Below are positions 12,561 to 25,909 of a DNA stretch of 64,000 nucleotides, in pieces. Each line of letters opens with the position of its first letter. The stretch's first letter is position 1. Under the pieces are notes generated by a model. The model was not told the DNA's origin. It saw only the letters and a list, made by a program, of their open reading frames with translations, and made no database searches. Origin of the DNA: Camelus ferus (taxonomy: Eukaryota); NCBI RefSeq assembly GCF_009834535.1, contig NC_045696.1:31498001-31562000 (forward strand), in the 5' to 3' direction. Position numbers and translations under genes: made by a program.

Positions 12561-13200
12561 ATTTCAAGTTTTTTCTTATCTGCTTGTATCTTCTTGTCTC
12601 CTGCACTCTAAGTGTAATAGGAAAATGCTTTGTGAGTCTTGTTTTTTATTTGAGGGGCATGTCACTCTTTCAAATTTAGTTCAGCTGATTGCCTTGAATA
12701 CTCAGCATGAAAATTAGCTCAGAAACACTATGTTTTATAGATTTTACGGATTTTCTCATAGTTTGGATGGATGTGATGTTCTTTTGTTTCTATTTGACTC
12801 CAAAGTGAAAGAACAAGAGTTGAATTTTTAAAAAGCAAATCATTAAAGCGCTAGATGAAAATATAAGCAAATTGTCTTATGAAGTGATAAAACAAGTTTT
12901 CCAAACTATGAAAATAGTTGACATCTAGAAGGTACAAAATGATAACTTTCAGTATGTACAGATAAGAGCTGCTCTGTGGCAGGAAATACCTAAACAATAT
13001 CAAAAGAGATGACCAAGGGAAAAATACTTTCACAGCAAGAAAAGACTAATGTTCTTAATATGAATGGAGTTTCCAGTAATTGGTATACAGCAAATAAATT
13101 CTACTAGGAAAGCTCAGTAATGTACATAACAGCAGTGCAAAGAGAAAGGAATACAAATGGCTCTAAAGTTTTTGTGAAAAAAATGCTCAAACTCGTAAGC

Positions 13201-13722
13201 ATGTCAATTATTTAGTACTGGCATTATAAACACTGCAAAAGTTAGTACTTACAACACTGTTATTATTGCTCACAGGTTATCTGAGCATCTTTATTGACCT
13301 TGAGCTGGGCTTGCTCATCTATCTGTTGTCAGCAGGTTGGACCACTGGGAGCAGGCTCATGTAGAATGATAATATTCACCTGGTTGGTGGTTGGTAGTTT
13401 TTTGGCTGGCTGTTGGTTGGCTGGGGTAATAGAAGTTAATAGGCCTTATCATCCAGCAAGCTAGTTCAGGCTTCTTATGGTTTAGAAGAGTTCCATAAGA
13501 CAGAGAGAGGGGGATCAGAAATATATAGGCCCTTGTGTATATTTCTAGGCTTGGACTGGCACACTGTCACTTCTACCAAATTATAGTATGTCACAAGGCC
13601 AGTTCATACTCAATAAGTGAGGAAACAAATTTTACTTTCTAAGAGTAATAACAGCAATTTCACACTACAAAGGTTACGGGCATAGGAAGATGGAGAATTG
13701 GGGTCATTTTTGTTATCAACCT
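13201..13722 (-). mobile_element. MaLR solo LTR (MLT1F/G/H-like)
   Basis: 'ttattgctcacagg', 'catccagcaagctagttcaggctt', 'actggcacactgtcacttc' and 'gtcacaaggccag' are typical antisense MLT1 motifs. Confidence 0.75.
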
Positions 13723-14039
13723 ATGAAAATAAAAATACAAGTTAAAACTATACTGAGATTTATTTACCATGTGTACAGTTCATGTGCTATTTGAATAATG
13801 AGTTTGAATATCATATTCATTCTTACAGGAATAAAACATTTCATGAATAGAAGACACCATGCTACGGCAAATGAGCACTGATGTAAGAACCAACATTTCT
13901 TTATCTAGATTTCTTTAAAACATCTCTAAAATGTCAGAAAAAATACAATAATCAAAACGCAACCAGAAATGAAAATATGAGCCTCTGGTAAGAATTTATA
14001 TATCCAGAATTTTTTTTCCTTATCATCACATAAATATTT

Positions 14040-14605
14040 TTCTTTTTAAGGTCACCTATGAACTTCACATTGCTAAATATATTGTCAATTCTCAGTTCGG
14101 ATTTTAATAGCAGTTCACTGTTCATCATTCTTCTCCTTGAAATGCTCTGTTCACATGGCTTCTGCGAAAACAACTTTTTCCACTTTATTGAGTCCTTCTC
14201 AGTGATCCTTCCTGGTTTTTCTTCATGATCCTGACTTCTCAACTTTAGAGTGTCCCAGACTTTAGATCTTGTTTCTCTTTTGTTTTCTGCCTACATTCAC
14301 CTTACAGGGGATCCCATCCTTGTTCTCTCTCATGGCTTGAAATACCATCTAGAAGAAAGGGGCTAGCACATGTGCATCTGTAACCTGGACCAGCCCCTAC
14401 ATTCCCAGTCATTTGTCCAATAACCTCAGCAGCTCTACTTGGATAGCTAATGGTTATCACCAACCAATCTATCACCTTCAAAACTGAGTATTTTATCTTG
14501 CCTCTAAAAATTGCTCCTACTTTAGTTTTCTAGATCCTGAAGGTTTCTCTTGAGTTCTTTCTTTCACACTTGATTTCGAATCTATCAGCAAATAATGTTA
14601 ACTTT
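14040..14605 (+). mobile_element. LINE-2 ORF2 fragment (upstream of MLT1 insertion)
   Basis: 'tctcatggcttgaaataccatcta' encodes SHGLKYHL, the segment preceding the RT YADD motif (here decayed). Confidence 0.75.
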
Positions 14606-14607
14606 TT

Positions 14608-16961
14608 TGTATTAACTTTCTGTTTACCACTATAACAAATTAGAATGTGGCTTAAAACAACACTAATTTATTATTTTACAGTTCTGTAGGTAAGACATCC
14701 TACCTAGGTCTCATGGGCTAAAATCATAGTTATCTGCAGGGTTGTGTTTCTTACCAGAGGCTATAGAAATAATTCATTTCCTTGCCTTTTCTACTTTTAG
14801 AGGTCCTCTTCTTCCAAATTCAAAACCACTAACAATCTATGTCTCTATAATTTTTTTTCCTTCTCTCTTTTTAATCTTCCTTTTCCAGTCTTAATTTAAT
14901 TATATATACAAAGTTCCTTAGGAAACATATTACAAATTCTGGGGAATAGGATGTGAAGATATTTTAGGGGTCATTTTTCTGTGACCAAAGTCCATCCTCT
15001 GTCTCCCAAAGATTCTCATCCATCTCACAGGCAAAATAAATTTACCCTATCTCAAGATTCCTACAAGTCTAAAACCCATATAGGGTCCACTCAAAGTCTA
15101 AAATTTATTTAAATCTCATCAACTAAAAAGTTTCAAATGTCATTATCTAAATCATCTAAATTAGGCAAAGGTGATATTCTGGCTGTGATCCAGCCTGAGT
15201 CACATTCTCATTAACTGTGGATCTCTGATACTAAAGAGACAAGGTATCTGCTACCAAAATATGATGGTGTTAGGACATAAAGTAGCTACTATGGACATTC
15301 CAATTTAAAAAGGGAGAAAATGGAAGAAACAAAGCCATCACCAGTCCCAAGAAATGCTGAAATCCAGTCTGACAAACTGCATTAGGGTTGAAGATCTAGG
15401 AATAATCTTCCATGGTTTGTGGTTTAATCCTCTGGACAAGTGCTTCTGCCTTCTGAGTATTTGCAGTCGAGTAGCATGTAGAGATTTGGGCATCTGGCAG
15501 CCTTCTTTTTAGTCTTTCTGTCCTTTTTGGTCCCAACTGGTAGTGTTTCTGCTGATATGACATTCCCAAGAGCCTCCTGGCTCTTCTATGCATGTCATGA
15601 GGATTTACTCTATTACAAAAGAGTTAATCATAGATATTTTCCAGATAATCCCATCTCTATTATTTTGCTTTTGCTGAGATGACTGAGGGAACAAATTCAT
15701 TAAGTTTCTACTTAATGAATGCTTTCTGATTTGACTAAAGGGATCTGTGATTTATACTCTAAATTTCTTCAAAGAGACTTTGACTGAATTCTTTGACCTT
15801 TTGGTCTTTCTAACACATTAGCTAAAGGTTATACAGCCACACCTTCTGACTTTTTTTCTAGAGTGCACTTTCCTGGCAGTGAATTTTAACAACTTTTACA
15901 AATCTGGATAGATTATTTCCTAAATCATCAATTCCTTTTTTCTTTTTGTTTAGTAGCTCTTTCTTCAATTTATTTCTTTCCTCTCATATTTTGCTGTTAG
16001 TATCAAATAAACCAGTCTACATCCAAACACTATGCTTGGAAATCAATTCAGCTAATGTCCAATTTCAGTTTACAAGTTCTACTTTCCAGTTAACTTCAGG
16101 ACATAATTATGCTAATTTCTGTCATTATATAACAAGAATTTTCTTTCTGCAGTTTCCAATAACATGTCCTTCCTTTTCCTTTGAATCAGCAGTGTCTTTG
16201 ATATCCATATTCTTACCAAGAGATGATTTAGGTATTATTTAAAGTGATATATGTTTTCTATACCGTGATCCTCACTTCTTCCTAGACATGAAATAGCAGG
16301 GTTGTTAAAATCCATATTTCTACTCACAGCCTTTTAAAGTCAATCTAAGCCTTTTCTGTCTATTCCTAAAAAATTCTTCCACCTTTTCTCATTGCCCAAT
16401 CCTAAAACTACTCTCAAATTTCTAGGTATTTGTTAAAGTAGTATTCTAACTGTAGGTATCAAAATCTGTGTAAGTTTTCTATTGCTGCTATAACGAATTA
16501 CTACAAACTTCATTGCTTAAAACAACACAGTTATGTTATCATACGGTTCTGTAGGTCAGATAGCCCAGACAGGTATCATTGGTCTAAAATCAAGGGGTCA
16601 GCAAGGCTGTAAATCCTTTCTGAAGGCTCTAGAAGATAATAATTTTCATTGCCTCTTCTATATTCCAGAGACCCCCTTGCACTATCTTGAAAGCCAGAAA
16701 TGTTGCGTATCTCTAAGTCTTTCTATAGTGAAAACTCCATCTGATTCTCTTTTGTTTATCCCTTTCATTTTTAAGGACCATAGTGATTATTTTTGATGAA
16801 TACAGATAATCTAATATAATATCCTCAACTCAGGTTAATGAAGTTAATAATATCCTCAAACTTTAAGTTAAAAACTTCCCAGGTATGTAAAGTAACATAT
16901 CCACAGGTTATAAGGATCAGGATATGAATATATTTAGGGGGTTGTTATTCTGTTTACCACA
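14608..16961 (-). mobile_element. MaLR element, LTR-internal-LTR (MLT1C/D-like)
   Basis: Two homologous LTRs (~14608-14989 and ~16467-16961) share 'gcttaaaacaacac', 'gttctgtaggt' and 'ctaaaatca'. The internal region ends in 'ggtatcaaaatc|tgt' (reverse complement of the MaLR-int start gattttggtacc). Confidence 0.85.
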
Positions 16962-16964
16962 ATA

Positions 16965-17650
16965 TATATTCTCCTTAAATATATATCTCCAGAAGCAGGA
17001 CATCCTCTACTATCTGCTCAAATCCATGATTTTTTCCCCCTAGTTTCAGTAACCTCCTAAAAAGTGCCTCTGCTACCCTCATTATTCACATAAACCTTAT
17101 TCACAACACATCAGTTAAAATGGAATTTTTTCAATGTTATCAATATCATACTTTGCTCATAAACTTTCAGTGGATTTTTACCCTACCTATAGTAAAACTT
17201 AATGACCTTAGAGTGGCCTACAAACCTATGTCGTTTGTTGTCTCCAATCTTTCCAATTTCACCTCCAATTATTCACCCCTATCAGGTTTCTTTACTGTTT
17301 CTACAAATGGGAGAATCATCCTCCATTAAGACTTTACCTTGAAATTCTTTGTGCCTGGGACATTCTTTCCCTTGTCACTCCACACATCTGAATGACTCAC
17401 TTCTTACTTTCTGCAGTTCTAAATATGACTTGATTAGTGTGATTTTCTTGACCATTTTATTTATAATTTCTCTGTTCCCCTTAAACATTTTATTATTCTC
17501 CATATCACTTACCTTCTCTTTACAAAGGATATCTTTTTTCTCCTTAATTATTTATGTTCTATCTCTGCCTCATCAATATTTCACTTACTATGAAAGTGGG
17601 TCTTTGGCTGGATCCCTTATATTTTGCCATTACAAGCCATTTTCTGTTTA
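16965..17650 (+). mobile_element. LINE-2 3' continuation
   Basis: 'cagtaacctcctaa...tctgctaccctc', 'catactttgctcataaactttcagtggattttt' and 'tgcctgggacattctttcc'. Confidence 0.7.
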
Positions 17651-18413
17651 ATCCACTCACATAAAGTATCATCATTTCTATATAGTTATGACTTACAGTC
17701 TGTACACTCAAATATAGTCCAGTAAAGCATATCCTTCTATATCACCCAGAGGTTTTGATTTTCTCCCAAAGATAAATTTATCATATTGTACAATTCTTTA
17801 AATGAGCTACATATCAATCAGCTATCATCTTGAGAAAGAATATGTATTTTGAATTTTAAAAGAATTGATACAAATGTTTGTAGTGTTTATATTGTTCCAC
17901 AATTCAAATTTCAAGGGACGTGAGAGAAACCAAAAGTAATTAAATTGTTAGAGATATATTTAGAACAAACATAGCAAAAAGAATAATTAGTGAAAAATAC
18001 ATTTATTTGCTGATAAAATATCTAAACTTATAGATTGATAATGTTCACTATAATTTAGACAAAAATAATGAAAGTAGAAAACTTTCTAAGCCAAGAAAAG
18101 AAGAAAAGTATCTAGTAAGAAAAATAATTAAACATAAAACAAAATATCAAGTGATTTTACAATTATTATCTGTAATACTCAAAACTAGAAAATAAGTAAT
18201 GTACAAATAAATGTATTGCAGGTTTAAGCATCGTCTGTTTGTGTCTTAAAAATTGTAATGGCCAATCAAAAGTATGTGTTAATTTTGCAGAATTAAATCA
18301 GTTCTAACCACTCAGAATATACAGAAACCTTTGGCTCTTCTGTAATATGTTCCCAGATTTTTGGTCAGGAGGACGCTGAGAGATCACACTTCAATGTATC
18401 CTTCTGCTCTAAA

Positions 18414-18578
18414 CTAGTGCTTCTTAAAAATTAATGTAAATTTGAATCACTTGGGAAATTTATTAAACTGCAAATTATGATTCAGTATACCTGAGCTAGG
18501 CCTAAGCATCTTCAATTCTAATAATTTTCCATGTGATTGCAATGTTGTTATTTATTTTTTGACCAATGAATAGCAAGC
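18414..18578. mobile_element. MER5-type hAT MITE
   Basis: 'agtgcttcttaaa...gaatcacttggg...gattcagta...tagcaag'. Confidence 0.7.
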
Positions 18579-19439
18579 GCACAGGGCAATGATAAATAGA
18601 AATAAATAAGAAAAGGACAGTTCAAGACTCAAAACAATGAACACGTATTTATTGCCTAAAAAGGAAAAAAAACATCAAAGCTAAGGAGAAACCTGTGGGT
18701 CTGTTGGGCTCTAGGTGTTAATAAAGACTAGCAGGAAGTCACCTCATACTCAAATATCAGTCTGAAGTACTTAATGAGAGAGGAGAGCCTGGAGTCAGTG
18801 CCTGAGTTTAAAACCAGCCGCTTATGTGAAGTTCCTCTATCTTGAAAGCACACTAAAAAATAGAAGTTGCCCACACTAGGCCTGATGTGATAGTTTTAGA
18901 GTAAGTTGCAAATCTCTGAGTGGTGGAAGGCAAGGAGCTTTTCAAGCAGAAGCTGATCCAGTTCTCCCACTGGGCCTATGGATGGATTTCTAGCCCAAAT
19001 ACCACTACAAAGCAAAAGCAGCAGCCTATGATTATAACACTTGGCTCAGGACAGAGGCTTGGGACCGGCAGAGCCAACACAAAACTGCAAAAATGTGAAA
19101 AAGACATAAATATAGGAGAACAACAGCTAAAATAACAAAACCAAAAAGCAAATAATCTTTTCCAATTACTCAAAAAATGGCTGTAAAACCAAATTTGTAA
19201 CAAATAAGATATCCAATATCTAAAATGCTAACAAAGATAAGCTTTCCCACAAAAGATCAGAATAGGACTTTAGTGGAAATTAAATAATTTTTTTGAACTT
19301 TAAATTGAAAATATTCATTCACTCAATGTAGAGAGGATGTCCATCCATATACATATATACATACAAACCTGTACATACACTGGCCTATACATGTGATTTA
19401 GCACGTGTTTTTATGTGTGTTGTTTGTGTGTGCAGGCAG

Positions 19440-21130
19440 ACATATTTGTGGAAAATATTTATAGGCAAAATTACTCTTGACTCCTGAATAGTTTAGCATG
19501 CATATCATAAAACCAAGGAATTTCTCTCACATAAATACTATAGTTTTATCAAATCTAAGTAAATTCCCAATACTTAACCATACTCAAATTCTACAAATTG
19601 TTCTCAAAATGCACCTTACTTGCTTAATCAAATATCCAATCAAGCTTCCCACTTTGCTTTAAATATTTGTCTTTGTAATTCCTTTTAATATGGAAGCATG
19701 ATTCTCTCCCCATCTTTTTAATATAACATTGCCTTTTTGATGAAACCAGACATATGTCTTGTAAAATATTCCATCTTCTGAATTTTCTATAGATTGAAAC
19801 TTATGTCTTAAGACAACCAATTTCAGGTAAAATATTTTTCAGTAATATTAGATGATGCTATGCATTTTATATTGAATCACATTGGAATACATGTCAGTGT
19901 GGTTTACAATTATTGATGCTATGTTAGATCTTGTATGCAATTTTCAACTCATCTATTAGGTGATAAGGTTGCATTATGGGAATAAGCTATTTCCCAACAT
20001 ATTACACAGAATTTTTTAGCACCCATTGGTGTTCCTTGAAGTATGTATACCAATGGAATATTACAAAGATATTATCTGTTAACTTTATAGACCTTTCTAC
20101 ATTCACTATTTGGGATTCTTCTACAAAATGAAGCTTTTTCTCATCAACTGGGATAACGAAATGTTTTCATAAAATGGAATGCTTAATGCCTTTTCTCTTT
20201 TAATTGTCTCCAATTTTTTTTTTGAAGGCCATGCATTGCTTTCATTTATTGCTTTCCAAATGACTGTATATCTGCTTTTTTGAAACATTACCTGTATTTT
20301 CTGGTACTAAAAAAGAAAACCTAAAAAATTGTTTCTGTAATATAAAGAAATACACAATTTTAATGATGAAAAAAGAGCACCATTATTTAATGTCATTTCT
20401 GCATTTCCCATGTGTCTTCAGTAACTGTCTTGTCTGATAACACACAAAGAGCAAGTATGAAAAACATACATTTACATATAGTTCTAAAGACTTATTAAGA
20501 ATTTTCTGTTGGCACTGGATAACAAATTACAGACACAGCTGCAGTAACAGGATATGCATATGCCTGTTGTTTCATAACATTGTGCATATTTGGAATGTTA
20601 CTTCTATATTACTGAGTGCTATTATAATTATTCTAGGAAGTCCCCATCGGACCAGAAAATTGGAAGAATTTTCAGATGAAAGAGTTGGTATATAATCATC
20701 CAAAACAGGAACATATAAAATTGTAAACTCTAATGTGAGTAGCACAGTGGACTCAGAGATTTGAACACTTCTTTTCTTTTGGAGATACACCAAACTGATC
20801 GTATATTTCCACTGTTCCAGACCTAGAATCAGACATTTTTCTGAGAAGCCTTGGATTTTTATTGGAGTATGAAATTTTAAAAAATCAAGATATCGGCAAT
20901 AGGAGTATTCATTTCAACTGGAGTATCATTGCTTCTAAACTACTAGTGAATAGGGTTAGGTGATCTATCTATCTATCTCTATTGTTTTTAGGTGACACAT
21001 TTTTTAAAAGCAAAAATTGAGATTGACCTTGTGTATTTACATTTAAAATCAAAAATTGTTTCTCTGAAGTTATATGACTTTACATTTGCATCTTTTTTCT
21101 TAAACAGAAAAAAAAATTATTTTCTAGCAT
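19440..21130 (-). mobile_element. Old L1MC-like 3' end, antisense, interrupted at ~20214-20666
   Basis: 'cctagaatcagacatttttctgagaagccttgg...aatcaagatatcggcaataggagtattcatttcaactggagtatcattgcttcta' matches the remembered L1MC 3' consensus. Confidence 0.7.
20214..20666 (-). other. Polyadenylated retroposed unique sequence (orphan transduction or 3'UTR retrocopy)
   Basis: T10 tract at 20214-20223 with TTTATT (AATAAA on minus) about 21 nt away. The body does not look like a repeat and splits an L1MC; AATTTT is present at both junctions. Confidence 0.6.
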
Positions 21131-21648
21131 CGATATATCTACTTTTTAATGTTACGATAAATTAATGAACATTAAAATGAAACAACAAAAAAAATCATCA
21201 AATGATGAATATGAATGGGCATTTTCCCATACTAATCTATATCAATATCTCTCTATTTATGGGAATAGGAATGCATGCATGTATAGAATGTTTGTTTCTC
21301 CACTGATGCCATATTGAAAATTTAAAACAAATGTCTAAACGTAGGAAAACAGACACATCATTTGTGGCATATTCATACAAAGTGATATGGCACAGCAGTT
21401 ACAATAATGAAGTAGAATCATGGTTTCTTTATGAATAACTACTCAAAAATAATGTTGAGTTAAAAAAAGCAAGTGGCAGAAAAATAAGGAATGATTGTTA
21501 TTGAATAAAATGAAAACAAGCAAGCAAAATGTCATATCTAGTTTGTAAATACAATATTTAGATCTCTAGTAAAAATATAAAGTATTCTAGCAATAGTGGA
21601 TACCTTCAGGTAAGAAGAGGGAGGGACACACTGATCAAGATATATATA

Positions 21649-21649
<1 letters not shown>

Positions 21650-21682
<33 letters not shown>
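21650..21682. repeat. (TG)n(TA)n microsatellite
   Basis: Directly visible. Confidence 0.97.
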
Positions 21683-22438
21683 TTGATTCATTAATCAGTT
21701 CTTCAGAACAAATAAAAACAATCTAGCCTCTACCCATATAAAGAAGAAGAAAGGTTACTAAAAATGCAAAATTAGAATTGAGAAAGATAATTTTTTTAAG
21801 TGTGTTACATGATGTCTTACATGATTCTTGTCTTACATGATGCTTCCCAGATGAAATTTATATGCTCAAGAAGACTTACAACATACTGTATAGTATACCA
21901 TTTCTTGAAGATTTACAATGTGCACTGTCATACTTTAAGCTCAGTGATGATTAGTAATAAAGTAAATAACAGTATATATACATATTATTTATAAATTCAA
22001 TTGTTAAAAAAACCACACAATTCTGTCTTTCTCTAGGAGCTGTAATACTTCAGCTCATCAGCAAATCAGCATAACAAAGACAAACCCTAAAGTGGTGTTA
22101 TCTCTAGCAAAGGAACATATTTAGAGGTTGTTATCTCAGCATCAGTTGTGGCTGCATGAAATTAGAAGCAATCCTGCTTTCAGTGCCAAAGAGTAGAGAA
22201 AGTTAAACTAGAACTACTTTTTTGGCAATGATACCTATGGATTTAAGAATATTTATCAAAAGCATTATCAGAGGTTACCTATAATGAGGAATAAAAAGGA
22301 AATAAAAAAAAAAACGGGAATAAATAAATAGATAGGTGAATGCATCAAAAAAGAAAGAGAAAATTGACAAGACTGGCGATAATAGCAATCTATGAGCACT
22401 GAGGTAGAATTAACTCACATGTCTGCATTCCAGGGCCA

Positions 22439-22610
22439 AGAGAAGGGAGAAGCAGCAGACAGGAGAGGACGAGGAGCAGGAAGAATGAAGAGGGTAAAGG
22501 AGGGGGGAGGGAAAGGAGTCAGGAGAGGGAGGGAAAGGATGAGAGGAGGAGAGGAGGAGAAGAAGGAGGACGAGGAAAAGAACATGGAGAAGGAGAGAAG
22601 AGAAAAAAAG
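22439..22610 (+). repeat. GA-rich polypurine low-complexity tract
   Basis: About 170 bp of almost pure purines (gaggag/aaggag). Confidence 0.9.
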
Positions 22611-23939
22611 TAACATTACAAGTGGGGAAAAGAAATCGTGACAATGAAATATTATGTGCATCCTACATATTACGTCTGCATAGGTAATGAGAGGAAAATT
22701 CAGAGAACAAATGTAAATTTAAAAAAAAAGGCATAGTTGATTATTTAAACAGTTAAAAAGTCTGAAAAAAATAATCCAGAAATAAATTATAAATATATTT
22801 TAAAGGATTTATAAATTAATTAATTCACATTATCATTAATTAATTATAAGCTAGTTCTTTAAAAACAAACATTAAATATACATTCTAAGGGCTAACTGAA
22901 TAAAAAAGGGAGAACATAGTTATAATACATAAAGCATAAAGTAGAAAAGTAAAAGAGGCATATTTATTAAGATTGTAAATTTGAACATTTCAGTGAAATG
23001 CATACTTCTTTAGGAAAACACTGACCCTGAGGAAGCCAGGAAACTCATATTATTCAATTACTATGACAGTAAAAAGAAAAACTATCAAAATGTCACCACT
23101 TCCAAAAATCAGCAGGCCAGAAAATTTCCTGTATGCATCCTATCAAACATAAGACGCAGCCCTTGACAGACCTATGTAAACTAATGCAGACCATACAGAC
23201 CTCAAGCATTTATATAAAGACAGAATAACACAGATACCAACATCTGATACAAAACACAAAGGCAAACGACAAAAATCTCAGTTTGAATATACTGAAGCAC
23301 AAAGCTTCAACATATTCTAACAAAATGTAGCAGGATATTAAAAGAGTAACACTTTTGACCAATTATAGCTTATGGCGGGAATTAAATAATATTTTAATAT
23401 TAAAAAATTCTATTCATATAACTCATTCTATTAATAGCTTCAAAGATTAAATCTCGTCTTTCCAATGCTGAAGAAGTTGACAATGATATCTGATATTTAT
23501 TCTAAGGGAAAAAAATCATTGTCTAATTGAAAAAAGTCCCTGAAAAAGCATAATAATATAAATAACGCATGCATTTACACACAAGCATATATACACATAG
23601 CACAAATATTGCTCTTAAAGTGTGATGCAATATTTGCTGCAACGTAAGTGAAAATTATTAAATGAAACAGAACTTAACAAAATAATGCAAATATAGAAGT
23701 TTATGTTGTATAAGTGTCTGGAAGAATACACTTTAACTCTGCACAGTAGCTGCCTCTAGCTGGAGGTTGGGAGACAGACCATGAGACAACCTATATTAAG
23801 TTTTTACTTCTAATAGCTTTAAATTAGCTGCTTGTTTGTTTGCTTTTTTGTTTATTGTTTTTGACCTTATGAATAAATTGTTTATATTAAAAAAGTAAAA
23901 ATAATAGAAAAGATACGATTTATAATAAAAAGAAATATA

Positions 23940-24242
23940 CACATGGATGAACCTTATTCTAAGTGAAATGTGCCCATTACACAGGGACAAATACTGTATG
24001 ATTTCACTTATATGAGGTATGCAAAGTAGTCAAATTCATAGAAGCAGAGAGTAGAGTGGTAACCTGTGGCTGTGGGGAGGTGCAAATGGGGAATTCAAAG
24101 TTTCAGTTATGCAAGCTGAGTAAGTTTTAGAGATCTGCCATACAACATGGTACCTGTAATTAACAATAATGTGTTGTCTGTTTCAAAATTTGTTAAGAGG
24201 GTAGATCTCATGTTAAGTGTTCTTAACACATTAAAAAAAAAA
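23940..24242 (+). mobile_element. L1MA10-like 3' end with poly(A)
   Basis: 'ggacaaatactgtatgatttcacttatatgagg...aagagggtagatctcatgttaagtgttctt' followed by an A tract. Confidence 0.85.
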
Positions 24243-25119
24243 TACATGATCAGAGAGATTTGTCCTTATGCATACAGTAAAATTTCTTACCTAATTTCTG
24301 GAATCTCTTAGAGTCCATTAAGCATTTTCCATCTTACCAAAATCTTTTAAATGGGGTTGCTTTTAAACATGTATACTAGTAAGCAAATTGTCATTGGATC
24401 TCAGCGTATTTGATATAATTGATCAAATATATATGATCAATATATTCTGCTATTATTGATCAAATTCTTATTATACTGCTTATCCACATTTAAGATAATA
24501 ATGAATGATTTAGACATATAAATATGAAAATTTTCTTCACTATTGGCATTTTTTGTCTACTGAGTTTAATTAAAACAAAATCTTGTATACAATTTTAATA
24601 TTTATAGTAAAAAAATCTATATTAGGTTTTACTACATTTAGAAGACTAACAAGACAGTTTTTTAAGGTCAACAGAAAGGCTTAGGAAACTAATTGTCCCT
24701 CTGACTTCAAAATCATATGACAAAGAATTTTAGATTTTTGCTGAAGTGTTGACACCTAATACGATGCTACGTGATAGTACTGTGCTGTCAGTGAGTCTTC
24801 AATATAAACTGTCAAAGATGAGAAGCTTCTTGTACATTCCAGCCAGTGATCCTTCAACTGAAGGGGAAAGACTGACATACAACAATTTTTCTATAATATC
24901 TTACAATATGTTCTTTCTCTTGTTGTACATTTATCAAAACTATATGGTAGCCCTCCTAGACTCAAGTTGCAAGTTTTTTGAAATGTGATGTTTAGAGCTA
25001 GAAAAATAAGCAAAAAATTAACAAGGATTCTCTCTCTCATATTTAGTTGATGAAAGTATATAAAGGGAAGTTATTAAAAGAAATGAAGCACATAAAAATA
25101 ACTATCAAATAGATTTTTA

Positions 25120-25460
25120 AAAATTGACTATTTTTTAAGAGCAGTTTAAGATTCACAGCAAAATTGAGGGGAAGTTACGGAGATTTCCCTTATAACCCTA
25201 CACCCACACATGCATAGCCTTCCCCATTATCAACATTCCCCAACCAGATTGGTACTTTTGTTACAACTGATGAACCTATAATTGACACATCATAATCAGC
25301 CAAAGCCCACAGTTTACATTATGGTTCACTCTTAGTGCTGTATAGTCTGTGGATTTGGACAAACGTATGATGACATGTAGCAATCATTATGATAACATGC
25401 AGATTATTTTATTGCCCTAAAAACCTTCTGTGCTCCCCCTATTCACCTCTCACCCTGGAA
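25120..25460 (-). mobile_element. L1MB-like 3' end, antisense
   Basis: 'agagcagtttaagattcacagcaaaattgag...tgcatagccttccccattatcaacat'. Confidence 0.85.
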
Positions 25461-25909
25461 ATGCACTTTAATTATTTTAGGGGATTTACCTTGGATTTAT
25501 GTGGCTGGTCCAGTATCAAATAAAAGTTACCAGCATTCAGTCACAAATTGTCTTTGAATTTCATTATAGAAGCACTAATCAAGGCTTCCAATCCAGGAAG
25601 TAGTAACAACAACAACTAGGTTTCACCTACAGATGCATGTATTTTTTATTAATAAATACACAAAAAATAATATGGGACCTTTTTATAATGCCGTCTTCTT
25701 GGATTAATGGAGTAGAGCAAATAAATGAAACTATGACAAGTCCAAAGACTACAAAAATAAGTTTAAATGTTTGTAACCAGAATACTCTGATTCCAGGAAT
25801 TGGCCTTCATTGTGAAATAGAGGAAAGACATTTTTCTATTGGATTATTGCTATTTTCAAATAGCTCAATTATTTATGCCTTTTGAAAGTGGCTAGTCTAA
25901 CTTAACCAA

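Noticed and set aside
22392..22661. Charged and Leu/Ser-rich ORFs
   Set aside because: Translations of a GA-rich low-complexity tract.
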